From NCBI RefSeq assembly GCF_018350175.1, contig NC_058368.1, positions 190,652,001-190,716,000 of the forward strand: DNA of 64,000 nt, given 5' to 3'. Below are positions 52,838 through 64,000 of this stretch, in pieces. The translations under genes were made by a program, and so were the position numbers. Source of the DNA: Felis catus. Taxonomy: Eukaryota. The notes under the pieces are model-generated. The model made no database searches, was not told the origin of the DNA, and was given only the letters and a program-made list of their open reading frames with translations. The first letter of the stretch is position 1. Each line of letters opens with the position of its first letter.

Positions 52838-53327
52838 TGTTGTAACAATAATCTGATATTTTACCCTAATTGCAAGCTAATTAGATAGCCTGCTACAGTT
52901 TCATGGAAGACATGAGATTCCTAGATCAGAGTAAAAGGACTCTCTTATTCATGGAACAGAAATCAGCATAAGCATCATCATGTCATTGTCATTTTTTCTT
53001 GCCAAAAATCCCATGGGTGTGGGACAATATACATGGGCTGAGATGGATGTCTGCAAATGCAGTGGCTTATGTTACAGGAGTGGAACCCTGAACCTAGGGA
53101 ACCCAAAGCTTTTTTAATGGGCAATAATTTGCCTATGTTTTGCTCTGGAGAGACATATGGTTACATACCGGAAAGTAAGTATGGCTCCTTTCTGCTCTGG
53201 AGGAGATGTTATCTATTTCCTAAAGCTGTTCACCTTATGAACTTTCTTGAGAAGACAGTTTGGAATCAAAAGCTAAACACAAGACACACAGCAACATAGG
53301 AGACCCATGAGAATTGCCTCTCACCAA
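52838..53327 (-). mobile_element. ERVL solo LTR (LTR40-like)
   Basis: Ends gagacccatgagaattgcctctcacca, the reverse of the LTR40-type start tgttgggagacaattctccatgggtctc; ttgcaagctaa and tttgctctggag motifs. Confidence 0.65.
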
Positions 53328-54573
53328 TAGTAGCAGAAATAACAGAAAACCTAAATTAAAAGATTAAAGTATGACCTCATTAAATTTTAGATATTTAACT
53401 TCCTCTCAAATAGAACTTCTACCATCTCAGAAACAGAAGCTATACAAAGCCAATTTGACTCTGAAGCATCCTGAAGAATAAAAAGCAAAAAACATATTGA
53501 GAATCATTTTCCAAAGGAAGTTAGACTCTTTTGGGTTTGATTGCAACTCTAGGTTGAGTTTCAATACATTTCCCTCTGTATTTGTTTGGGGAGGACTTAG
53601 GGAGGGAATATATCTACAATATTTGCTAGAATGTTAACTTAATGCCTAATATAGAATTTATGATAAAAGGGTAAAAGAGTTCAGAAAAGGAGGTTTTGCT
53701 GAGAAATGAGTTGTTAAGAGGAATGGAAATACAGGCTTGTACCTTTAGGAGTGGAAATTAACCCAAGCAGAGGCCCATTGGCTTGAATAAAGTAAATTTT
53801 AGTTATCTAGCCCTTAAACACTGTTGTAAACAAAAGTTGAAGTGTAAGTCCACATTTTACTACTCATACTATTCTGTAATATCCAACACAAGTACATCTA
53901 GGGCCAGACAAGGATCAGGCAATTTAAACTGAAAAGACCTCTGCCTGAATATGCCTTTTTCATAAGTAAGGTAAACAGAGGGCACAAGTTTGAGACTCAA
54001 ATCACATACAAACCTTAATAAAATCTAAAAAAAAAAAAAAAAAAAAGGCTGAACTGGTTCTATGAATTTCTATTTACCTATGTGAAATTTTTTATTTGAT
54101 TTTACATTTTGTAAAAGTATAAATAATTGCAAAAGAGTGAATCTACTTAACACTTTAATTAAAAAAAAACAAACATAGCCAACACATGCAAAAGCTATCA
54201 TTTTTAGCTTTCTTTGTAAACGTAAATGACAATATTAGTTACTGCATATCTCCAAGTTCTCAAATTCCGGAGGGTAGGAGAAATCCTGTGACTGTTTTTT
54301 CTGGGTCTGAATGTATTATCAAAACATCATTTTTAAATGATAATCTGGGTTAAGTACCCTTTTAAATCTCTTCAGAGGCTACCTATCTCCTTAAAAGCAT
54401 TAATGGGCCCTTTCAATAGCTGGTCTTCCCTAGGCACCTTGCCTCACCTTCATTAGATGATTTCCGGCAAAGAAGGGATATGGTCTGACTTTGATTGAAA
54501 TGTTGAAAATATAAGCAGTCAATTGTATAAAGCAGGAGGATAAGTTACCAGACTATTATAATAATTCAGGAAA

Positions 54574-54945
54574 GGGGCAACTGGGTGGCTCAGTAGGTTA
54601 AGCATCTGACTCTTGGTTTTGGCTCAGGTCATGATCAGATGGTTTATGAGTTGTGAGTTTGAGCCCTGTGTCTGGATCTGCACTGGCAGTGTGGAGTCTG
54701 CTTGGGACTCTGTGTCCTTTTTCTCTCTCTCTGCCCCACCCCAGCTTTTCCTTTCTTTTCTTTTTCTTTTTCTTTTTCTTTTTCTTTTTCTTTTCTTTTC
54801 TTTTCTTTTCTTTTCTTTTCTTTTCTTTTCTTTTCTTTTCTTTTCTTTTCTTTTCTTTTCTTTTCTTTTCTTTTCCTTTCCTTTCTCCCTCCCTCCCTCC
54901 CTCCCTCCCTCCCTCCCTCCCTTCCTCCCTTCCTCCCTTCCTTCC

Positions 54946-54987
<42 letters not shown>

Positions 54988-55026
54988 TCTCCCTCTCTCT
55001 CTCAAAAATAAATAAACATAAAAAAA
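54574..55026 (+). mobile_element. Can-SINE with greatly expanded internal pyrimidine microsatellite
   Basis: Head ggggcaactgggtggctcagtaggttaagc; pure C/T tract 54745-55003; imperfect TSD aataatYcagg. Confidence 0.93.
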
Positions 55027-55169
55027 TAATCCAGGCAGCATGGGGCAGGAGCAGTGGTGAAAATGGTGGGTGCTAGTCAGATGCTGGACATTATTTTTAA
55101 GAGAAGCAACAGGATTTTTCTGATAAACTGTATGTAAAGCATGAAAAAAAGAAGTTTCGTTTGTTTCTT

Positions 55170-55372
55170 TTTTTTAATGTTTATTTATTTTTGAGAGAGA
55201 GAGAGAGCAAGCCGAGGAGGGGCAGAGAGAGAGGGAGACACAGAATCTGAAGCAGGCTCCAGGCTCTGAGCTGTCAGTGCAGAGCTCGACATGGGGCTCG
55301 AACCCACCAATTGTGAGATCGTGACCTGATCTGAAGTTGGATGCTTAACTGACTGAGCCACCCAGGCACTTC
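55170..55372 (-). mobile_element. Felid Can-SINE
   Basis: Near-consensus body; flanking repeat gtttgtttctt at 55159-55169 and 55378-55388. Confidence 0.93.
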
Positions 55373-55389
55373 TGCTTGTTTGTTTCTTA

Positions 55390-56820
55390 TTGTGTCTCAA
55401 GCAACTGGAAGAATGGCATTTCTACATACTGAGATAGACAGACCATAAGAATTCAAGCTGGTGGAAAAAATCAGGAGTTGAAAGTTAGCATTTGAGGTAT
55501 CTATCAGACACCCAACAGGGAAAGCAAGTAACTACTTGGGCACAAGTTTGGAGTTTAGGGGAAAAGTCTGGACTAAAGGTAAATAATTGAGAGTTTTAAG
55601 AAGAGAGATAACATTTAAAACCATTAAACTGGATGAAACCATCAAGGGAGTGAATGTAGGTAATATCTTGGGTTGAGTCCTGGGGAACATTAGCAGACAA
55701 GAAGATGAGGAGAAATAGGCAAAGACACTGAGAAGAAGAGGCCAGCAAAATTGGAGAGGAACCTAGAAAAGGAGCACTTGAAGCAAGGAAATCTTTAAGA
55801 ATGAGGGAGCCATACCATGTTACATGCTGCTGACCAATTTAGTAAAAAAAAGGACTAAAGACACTGACCATTAATATGGCAATGGCAATGTGGAAGTGAG
55901 GGGTAGATCCAGGTTTTGTGGGATCCAAAGCATATACAATTTAGGGACTCTTGGAATTATGCATAGGGGTTTAGCTCTTGGGACCTAGGTACAGCACCTC
56001 AAAAGGTCTTGTGGAAATGAGGATCACTGAAGCATAAGCTTTACTAGTTCCAAAGCAAAGCCACCTCTGTTGATGGTCTCTGATGCATGTGGAAACTGTA
56101 CTCTGGAGCGTTTGGGAGAGCCTAGTATTGTGAATCTGGAAAAAATGGGAGGGAAGGAAATGAAGACAGAGAGTAGAGACAGTGCTCTCAAGGCGTTTTC
56201 TAATGCGGAGGGGCAGAAATAGGGTGGTATTCAGGAGTAATATGGAAGTTAAGGGAAGGTTTCTTTTTCTTTCGTTTTTCTTTGCTAGGAGATGATATAT
56301 AAAGTTGAAGATGAAGATGAGGAGATGGTGGTCAATTGTTGGGTTAATATCTGTGAAATGGTGCGAGAGAAATGGGATCCATTGCAGGAGTGGTAGGGAT
56401 GCTTTGAAGAGAAGCACACAGTCTATCCTGGAAAATGAAGGAAGGTAGATGATATACACAGGTAGATGTGGATGGAATGTGTGGAAGTTCTCTTTTTATT
56501 GCTTCTAATTTTTTTTCCAGGGAAAAGGAAACAAAAACATCAGAAGACAGGGAGGTATAGTCAGGTGTATGAAGGTTTGGAGAAAAAGACATAGGAAGTA
56601 ATTCTCTAGGGGACTGTGACAGGGAATGGACTAAAGACAAGTTGGAGGATTTCTGGACTTTACTTACATTCCTCTTGAGGTTAGTTAGGGCTTGCGATCT
56701 TAGAGAAAGGCTGGTTACTATGACTGTATATTTTTCTCTATTTCTCTATTTCTGCTATTTTCTGCTGCCCCAGTGAAGACAGATAGTAGGCAAATCATTA
56801 GATTAACCAGGGATGGGGCA
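55390..56820 (-). mobile_element. Long L2 relic
   Basis: gcaactggaagaatgg..., catttaaaaccattaaactggatga..atcaagggagtgaatgtag, atgctgctga; purine-rich L2 antisense character. Confidence 0.7.
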
Positions 56821-59187
56821 TTCATGACAGGGTTGGGGAGGCCACCTTCAACATTTCAACCAGACTCGATTTTTTCATTTCTTCATGCTCCCTATTTTCT
56901 CTAGATCTTCCTCCGTTCCCCTACTCAATTCTGCCTCCCACTGTGCCTTGGCTAATTACTAATGATCTTGGTGCTACTTCCCCAAGGAAGTCTTCACTTA
57001 CAGAGACTAGATTGTAAGAGGGTTCTCTGCCATTCTGACTTCTTTCTTCCATACAAGACACTCCTTGTTAAGTATCTGTTCAACCTATGTCTTTCATACA
57101 TAACCTAGAGTTTCCCAAGGCCAGAGATACATCTGCCTCACCCACCTATCTTGCCTCCATGGCTGGCACAAAGCCTAGTTACATACGGTGCAGTCACATG
57201 ATTCATGCATCCAACATAAACACTGTCATTAGAACCAAACTCTCTGCCTCTTGGGCTCCAGGATGCTGAGGCCCAGAACTAACAGTGACAACCAGTGAAG
57301 CCACAGTAAGAATGACCAAGAAGCAAGTGGCTATCTTCTTTTGTATAACTTTCCCAAACAGTTCCAATCAAGTAAGATTTAAACTTAAGTTGAGCAAACA
57401 TTTATTGAGCATTCACGTGGTACTAGGACCTATGCTATATGTTTTTATAATTACTATATCATGTAATTTTGAAATATCCTTATATGTATTAAGACTATAG
57501 AGACTTAACATTAAAAAAACCCCTCAGGTGAGCATGAACATGACATTCATTCACTGATTCATCTTTAGAAATTTAATAGTTACTTAAATGCAGAATAGTT
57601 TGGCTGCCCATATATGTGCACTGAGATAGCCTTTTGTTCCTTCTTTTTAATCAATGGATACCAAACCTTTGAGTGCATTAGAATTACTGCACAGGTTTGA
57701 ACCTATAAAACCATGTACTATAGGTACAATTTAAAAGATTTCTAAGGTTATTTTTAAAATATAACTTGTTCTCTTGGTTCTGCTGATTTTGAAACCTCAT
57801 TCCCTTATAATTTTATATTCCTTAGGAATAATAACTCAATAAATATGTGTTGAGTGAAAAAAATACCTCAATAAGAGTAGTTTGATATCAGAGGTACTCA
57901 ACAAAACCATTACTGGAAAGTTATTAAGTGCCATGAACCTGAGAGTACAAAAGTGGAGCACACAGTCTCCTGGGGACAGGTGAGCAAGCAAGTAGGTTAC
58001 AAGGTAACAGTACAGGCTACCTGGAAGGTACAGAACAAAGATGCTGGGGGAAGTCCAGGAATGGGTGATGTTTTAGGATAAGCAGGAGTTAGCCTGATAA
58101 AGAGAATCAGGGAGTGGAACTACAGGTATTCCAGGTAAGGGAATAATGGGCTCCAAAGGACAGAGTTAAGGACAAATAAAACCAGCATTGCAATTGTTCT
58201 AGGAATTGGCTTAATTCATTCAAAGAAAAAAACCTTGGATTTCTTCCATTAGAAAGAAAAGAAAGAGAAATAAAGAAAGACAGAAAGAAAGAAAGCAAAG
58301 AAAAAAGAAAAGAAAAGCCAAGCCTTCATCTTCTTCCTGAGCTTGAAGATGCCTCCATCAAAAAGAATAAGACCCAAATGGATTTTTTCAGTTGGAGTCA
58401 GTGATATAACAAGATGAAAAGTTGGTGACCAGAAAGTAATAACCTCATGGTCCTTCAAAAAACTCTGTGGCCCTACTCTTGGGTTATTGGGAAGCCCATT
58501 TCATGTCAACCTCATGTTCAGCTCACATGCACAAGATGTGCTTTAAATTAGGTAGGTGACTCTGAATGAGATCTGGATCAATGCCCGTTGAGAAGTACAT
58601 GGCAACCTAAGAAGTACTCTCACATATTTCTCAGGAGCTCTGTCTACTGTAGTACATAGCTACTTTGAGGAAACAGGTTTTGGTGCTAATTCATCTTCCA
58701 TCAAAACCTTATTTTTCTTGGTTTGCTGAACTGAGAGCTGGGCCTTAACCCTTGGTCCTCTTACTTGTTAAGGATAACTCTTGATTATAATGCAAGATAA
58801 TTTAGAAAAGTCTCAAGAACAATGGTCTTTTGTTTGGGAAGAAGGAGCCAATTGCTTTTAGAGATCAGGCAGAGATTCCAATTATCAACTTGATGAGCTA
58901 GGTAATTTCAAGCTTAGCAATAGAAAAAACAACAACAACAATCCTAACTCATAATTAAAGTCATCAAACTCTGCATGCAGGTATTGCTAATAAAGAAATG
59001 GCCTTTTCTCTCAAACGGATGATTTGTTTGATTTTATATTGTGTAATGGTACTCACCACCTGGTATAGTAGGAACAGAGCTTGGCAAACAAGATGACCAA
59101 GGGGCACAGACAGAACCTTTAAGAAGTTTTCATTTTTCTGTTCCACTTTTTCTTAAAAAAAATGGAGTGGCCCATTCTGTGTCATGA

Positions 59188-59192
<5 letters not shown>

Positions 59193-59241
<49 letters not shown>
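59193..59241. repeat. (CT)n microsatellite
   Basis: Seen directly. Confidence 0.95.
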
Positions 59242-59244
<3 letters not shown>

Positions 59245-59499
59245 CCCAACTGTCCAGCAATTTCCCATGCATACCTGTCCCTGGTTAGTAATTCCTCATT
59301 CCTAAGTTTCTTTAATTCAGAATGAGTTCAGGGTCCTTCATTTCAAATCCAGGTATAGTCATGTGATGCCATACATGTTAGTGTAAGATACTGGCATGAC
59401 TTGGGCGATAATGGTAGCTGTAGCTTATTCTGTTCTTGGCCCTTATATGCAACTATTAGTCCAAGAACCTTTGAGAATTTTCTTGGTTTGATTTTTAAG

Positions 59500-59740
59500 C
59501 TACTACTTATTGGATATTTGCTATATTCCAGGCAACACACTGAATGCTTTGCATATATTTTCTTATTTAATCCTCATAATATAATGAGTTAGATATAATT
59601 GATCCCCCTTTTGTATACTTAGAAAAATAAGGACTAGAGAGGTTAAGTAATTCTCCCAAGGATACCCAGCTGGTCAGGAGCAGAGCCATGACTCCAAGGC
59701 TGGTGTGTCTCCAGACCTGTGTACTTTAAGACTCTGCTCC
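59500..59740 (-). mobile_element. MIR relic
   Basis: cttatttaatcctcataat...agagaggttaagtaattctcccaaggatacccagctgg. Confidence 0.75.
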
Positions 59741-61046
59741 TCTGAAATGAACTTTCTATGCCATCATCCAACAGGGAAATCAGTTGTCTCCTGCAGTAAT
59801 GAGTAATCATCACTAGAGATGCACAAAGAACAAACTGAATACCATCTGTTCAGAACACTGCAGAAGGCACTATTTCATTAAGTAGCAAGTTGGACCAGGT
59901 ACCCTCTGAAGTGCCTTCCAAGGGATACATTGTGGTAAAAAGTTGGCATATTTTTGGAGTTGGGTTTGGGATACTGAGTAGGCCATTGTAGGTGTCATAA
60001 GGGAAGGAACAGATGGGAAGGAAAGACACAGAAGGAAATGAAGAGAATTCATCATTTTTTCATGTTATCCCTGCTTCTAGCCTGCTTAAAAATTGTCAGT
60101 CCTGCAAATAAGCTCTCATTCTGTTTGGTCCCATCCTGGTGAGTTGGTGAGTGATGTTATGCCTTTAAAGAAAATGTGGAGCACCCCATTTGAGCTACAA
60201 CGATGTCTCTAAATGGTCCTACATGTACTGCCATCTTACTCTTCTGTATGAATATACAGCTCCCCCACCAAGTTGAAAGATGTTCTCTAATTTATAAACA
60301 AGCAGGGAGAACAGCAGGACAGCGGAGCTAGGTCAATTATAATAGCAAATGTGGATGAGCCACTATCTCCAGAGTAAGCCTTCATTACACACCACTCAAA
60401 AAAATTAAGATTCTGAAAAAAACAAAATGACCGATCTGAATACTAACATCCTCACCTCTTTTTCCTCACTTAAGTGAGGAATTGTAGCTTCCATCAGTTC
60501 TTACTCCATGAAAGTAAAATCCTAACTAAACTGCACATTAGTAGTTAGGTCATCCATCTATCCATTATCCATCCATCCGTCCATCCATCCATCCACTACC
60601 CATCCACTCTGTACTTTCTACTAGGCACTGTTCTGGGCCCTGGGGATATAATAGCGGGACACAGTGAAAAGGAGTCTTGCTCTTACAAAGGTCACTGTCT
60701 AGTGAGGAGGCAATTGTGGCAAAACATGAAACAGGCTATGGTAGGGAAATTGAATGATGTAATATGAGTACGCGGCAGGGGCTCTTAATTCACATTTAGC
60801 TGATCAAGGAAAGTTTCATGGAAATAACTAATGTCTAAATTGTTTCCCAAAGGATAAGTTTGAATTCTCTAGACCCAGTACATACATATGAGATTTAAGG
60901 GAAAGGATAAGGGATGCCTAGAGAGTTTCACAGTTTAGGAAACATGTGAGGAAGACAACAAAGTGCAGGGGTTTTGGCAACAGAACATCTAGTCGTTTTC
61001 ATGCATCTCCTCAGACACACAGTCAAGGGTCTTAGAGAGCTGGGTC

Positions 61047-61053
61047 CTCTCTT

Positions 61054-61112
<59 letters not shown>

Positions 61113-61300
61113 CTTTCAATATGATTAAAAAACAGCTATATTGAGATATAATTCACATACCATATGATTCACTGATTTAAAGTGTCCAATTCAATGACTT
61201 TTATTATACTTACAAAATTGTGCAACCTTCACTATAGTCCGTTTTAGAACATTTTCATCATTTCAAAAAGAAATCCCATCCTCCTTAGCTGTCATCCCCT
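61047..61300 (-). mobile_element. L1MB-like 3' end with adjacent (TCTT)n repeat
   Basis: attgagatataattcacataccata...tttaaagtgtccaattcaatg...ttgtgcaacc...ttttagaacattttcatca. Confidence 0.85.
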
Positions 61301-63695
61301 AAGGCAATCAGTTTTTAAACATGCAAGTGACCTTCAGAAGTAAAAAGGCGTGACTGTCAATTGCCATCTGTTGTCCAGAAAACAAACAACCAGAAACTCA
61401 ACTTGTGGAATCAAGAATGGCTTCTATGCCTTCTGTGGTGGTGAAGTCTGTTTGTGTGTATATGTGTATGGAGGGTAGGGGGCAGGGGAGAGAAGAGGAT
61501 TTTAAGAGACCCTAGAGTAATGAGTCAGATGCTTCATTTTTAGCTCTAAGATAGGCTCATGAGAGCAGAGGTATTTACTTATGGCAACTGATCTTTGGAG
61601 AAAGGGGTTTGTCTTTTGTTTGTTGGTCTATTTGTTAAGCAAAAAACATGGAATTGTAAGAGGAAGTCTGGAAACTCCAAGCATGCATAAGGACAGTTTT
61701 CCTACCCCAAACAACTGAACAAATAGCTGTCAAGACAAGAATTGCAGGGAAAGCATATTCAAAGTTTAGATCTTGCCTATGGCCCAAGGCTCCAGGATGC
61801 TGGACCAATGAACATAGGGTCAGCCAAGTCAAACTCCACATAGGTCTTGGGGAAGGCTTACAAAGAAAAATTAACATTGCTTAGTTTTAGATAGCTTAGT
61901 TCTAGATAGCACTAGAGTAAACTAAAGATCCCAATGAAAAATTCCAGGTCTTTCTGGTGTCCGAGTGGCAATTACCAAATGGTATAACTAGAGAAATAAT
62001 CTCCCTCTTTCCTGGCCACACTTGACAGTTCCATACAGTCTCAAGGAGAAGAGCATCTTAAAATTTCCCAAGCATCCCAAAGAGGGGATATATAGTGAAG
62101 AATTGACTGGTATTACTTAGAGGTCTCACGGTTGAAGAAAGTATCAGTGTTTCAGGTCCCAGGGATAGGTGCTGGTGACTAAAACTAGTGGCTCATCTCA
62201 AGAGACTGGACACGTACTGATGGCCATGGATTAGACATCTTCCTCCAAGGCAGGAAGATTCAGAATTCCTCCTCATAAATTATATGTCCCTGTCAACTGA
62301 ATCTGGTAAGTTCAAATCCTTGAAGACTGAACTACCATTTCTTTATGAAAGTTTTACCCTAACTCACAGTAATCTCTGCTTTCTATAAACTTGTAGCCCT
62401 TGACTATATGACTTATTTCCCACAAAGGGACTACTCTGTTGTGCTCCTTTTCTTTTGATACTGACTCACAAACTAATTGTGATTCCATAGATTGTAGTCC
62501 CCCCCAACAGCAGAATGTCCTGTGGAAATACGGGATCAACAAAACCCAATGAAGGTTCAGAATCCTGGCTTTGCAGTCAGGATGACCTTCTTTTGCATCT
62601 TAGGTCTACTAAGTCTGCAAATGATCCAGTTTCTCTCAGTTCTAGTTTTCTAGTTCTAAAAACAGGTAAAGTTAGTCATTTTACTCTGGGTGTTGTGAGG
62701 ATTGAATGTGACAGGGTAGTATGGTCAAACATTTACCAGTGTTTTATCTGGGTATTTTCTTTCTCACCAGGGCTATTCCTCTCATCTAGGAGCCAGGCTG
62801 GTTTGCTCACTGTCTCAGAGAAGAGATACCATGAGAGAAAACAGAGAAAACAGGAGTCTTTTGGTGCCTTTTGGGTTTGAAAAACTTAGTAGGGAGGGTA
62901 CTGGAAATGCCTCAAGACATGATGAGGAAGAGCGAGCTTTCCTCATTTCTGGACCAGAAAAAAGTTGACCACACTTGGGGAAGATAAAAGGCAGAGGCAG
63001 GGGGTGACAAGTTAGGCATTGGCCAGTTCCTGCACCCTGTTCCATGAGGTGAGCCTAGAGAAGACGGAAAAAAAAGAGAAAAGTTTATGGTATCCAGAGT
63101 ATCCCAATGTTGGAAAGAACCTAGGAGGGGCAAGATTCTGGGTAAGATTAACGAACTGGTGTGTTCAGAAAGTAAGACCAGAAACTGTCTTAAGGAGTTT
63201 TCTCTGCTCCCATGTGATGCAAGAACAGAACAATTATCAAGATAGGCATGCAGATAGCAGAAAGCATTTTTGGGCTTGATGTCTTACAGACAAGAACTCA
63301 GGATATCCCATTAGTGATCTGTGATGACCAGGAATCAGATGAGACAACGGACACCACATTGGATATCAGCAGGATGAAGATATAAAGTGCCATATGGACA
63401 TTCTCCTTTTGTACAGGATAAGCCCTGAGGAAATTATTCTGGGTGTCCCAGCTGGTAGTTTAAGTTCTGTCACTCTGTTCCCCTCTGGTGGAATGAAAAC
63501 TAAAATTACATATTAAGTTGCTACAGAAGAATAAGGATTCTGTATCTTCTATATTTGTATATTTGAGTTGTGGTTGAAATGTGTACACATTACATGCCAT
63601 AAAATGCTTGGGTATATGATGAATTCTAAATATTTTATCTGTCAATCAATAACTATTAAAATTGTTATGTTACACAAACCCTCTGGAGTATAGAT

Positions 63696-63913
63696 GGGAG
63701 GTCTGCAAACTATGGCAGATCAAATCTGACTTACCCTCTGTTTATACAAATAAAGTTTTATTGGAATACAGTCATGCTCATTGTGTTTTCACATCGTCTA
63801 TGACTGCTTTCGAGCTATAGCAGAGCTGAGTAGTTGCAATAGAGATCCAATGGCCCTCAAAACCTAAAATATTTACTCTTTTACCCTTTATATAAAACAT
63901 TTGCTGACTCCTG
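63696..63913 (+). mobile_element. MER58A-like hAT-Charlie element
   Basis: gcaaactatggc...aaataaagttttattggaatacagtcatgctcatt...gcagagctgagtagttgcaatagaga...aaaatatttact...tttgctgactcctg. Confidence 0.88.
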
Positions 63914-63954
63914 GTTACAATCTTGATTGCTTTAGGATATAGCATACATGCTCG

Positions 63955-64000
63955 TATTAGCCATTAGTCAGGTTTCTTCAGAGAAAAGAACCGATAGGAT
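63955..64000 (-). mobile_element. End of an MLT2-type LTR (cut by window edge)
   Basis: ttagtcaggtttcttcagagaaaagaaccgataggat. Confidence 0.6.

Larger units (their letters stand above)
3709..64000 (-). other. SGCD: Large SGCD intron upstream of the penultimate exon (continues beyond window)
   Basis: No sequence encoding the preceding exon ([24 protein letters not shown]-like) was seen; repeat-rich non-coding DNA. Confidence 0.8.

Noticed and set aside
54598..55076. Four overlapping ORFs of 120-147 aa
   Set aside because: They arise from stop-free SINE microsatellite sequence and give low-complexity K/R/E or F/S/L translations.
55971..56640. 162-aa and 98-aa minus-strand ORFs
   Set aside because: They lie within a decayed L2 relic with no splice or coding support.
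61900..63460. Purine-rich stretch with 70-120 aa ORFs, possible pseudogene or ancient LTR
   Set aside because: No recognisable protein motif, poly-A or TSD; cannot be classified without a database search.

Overview
Mammalian genomic DNA from a feliform carnivore, most likely a cat: it carries many felid-type Can-SINEs (SINEC_Fc) and carnivore L1 3' ends. The window holds the 3' end of delta-sarcoglycan (SGCD) on the minus strand: a 124-bp penultimate coding exon (3585-3708), a 1341-bp last intron, the 174-bp terminal coding segment (2070-2243, ending ...[10 protein letters not shown]) and about 2 kb of 3' UTR. The remainder (3709-64000) appears to be one long intron, since I found no further SGCD exon. 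It is filled with L1, L2, MIR, Can-SINE, MaLR/ERVL LTR and DNA-transposon relics plus microsatellites. Almost all listed ORFs are chance or repeat-derived. I found no novel multi-gene system. The best leads are small: a TSD-flanked, polyadenylated orphan retro-insertion of largely non-repeat sequence; two 45-49 bp locally templated duplications; an intron read-through frame resembling the short SGCD isoform; and a 259-nt pure pyrimidine tract. Repeat family names are by-eye recognition and repeat boundaries without TSDs are approximate.
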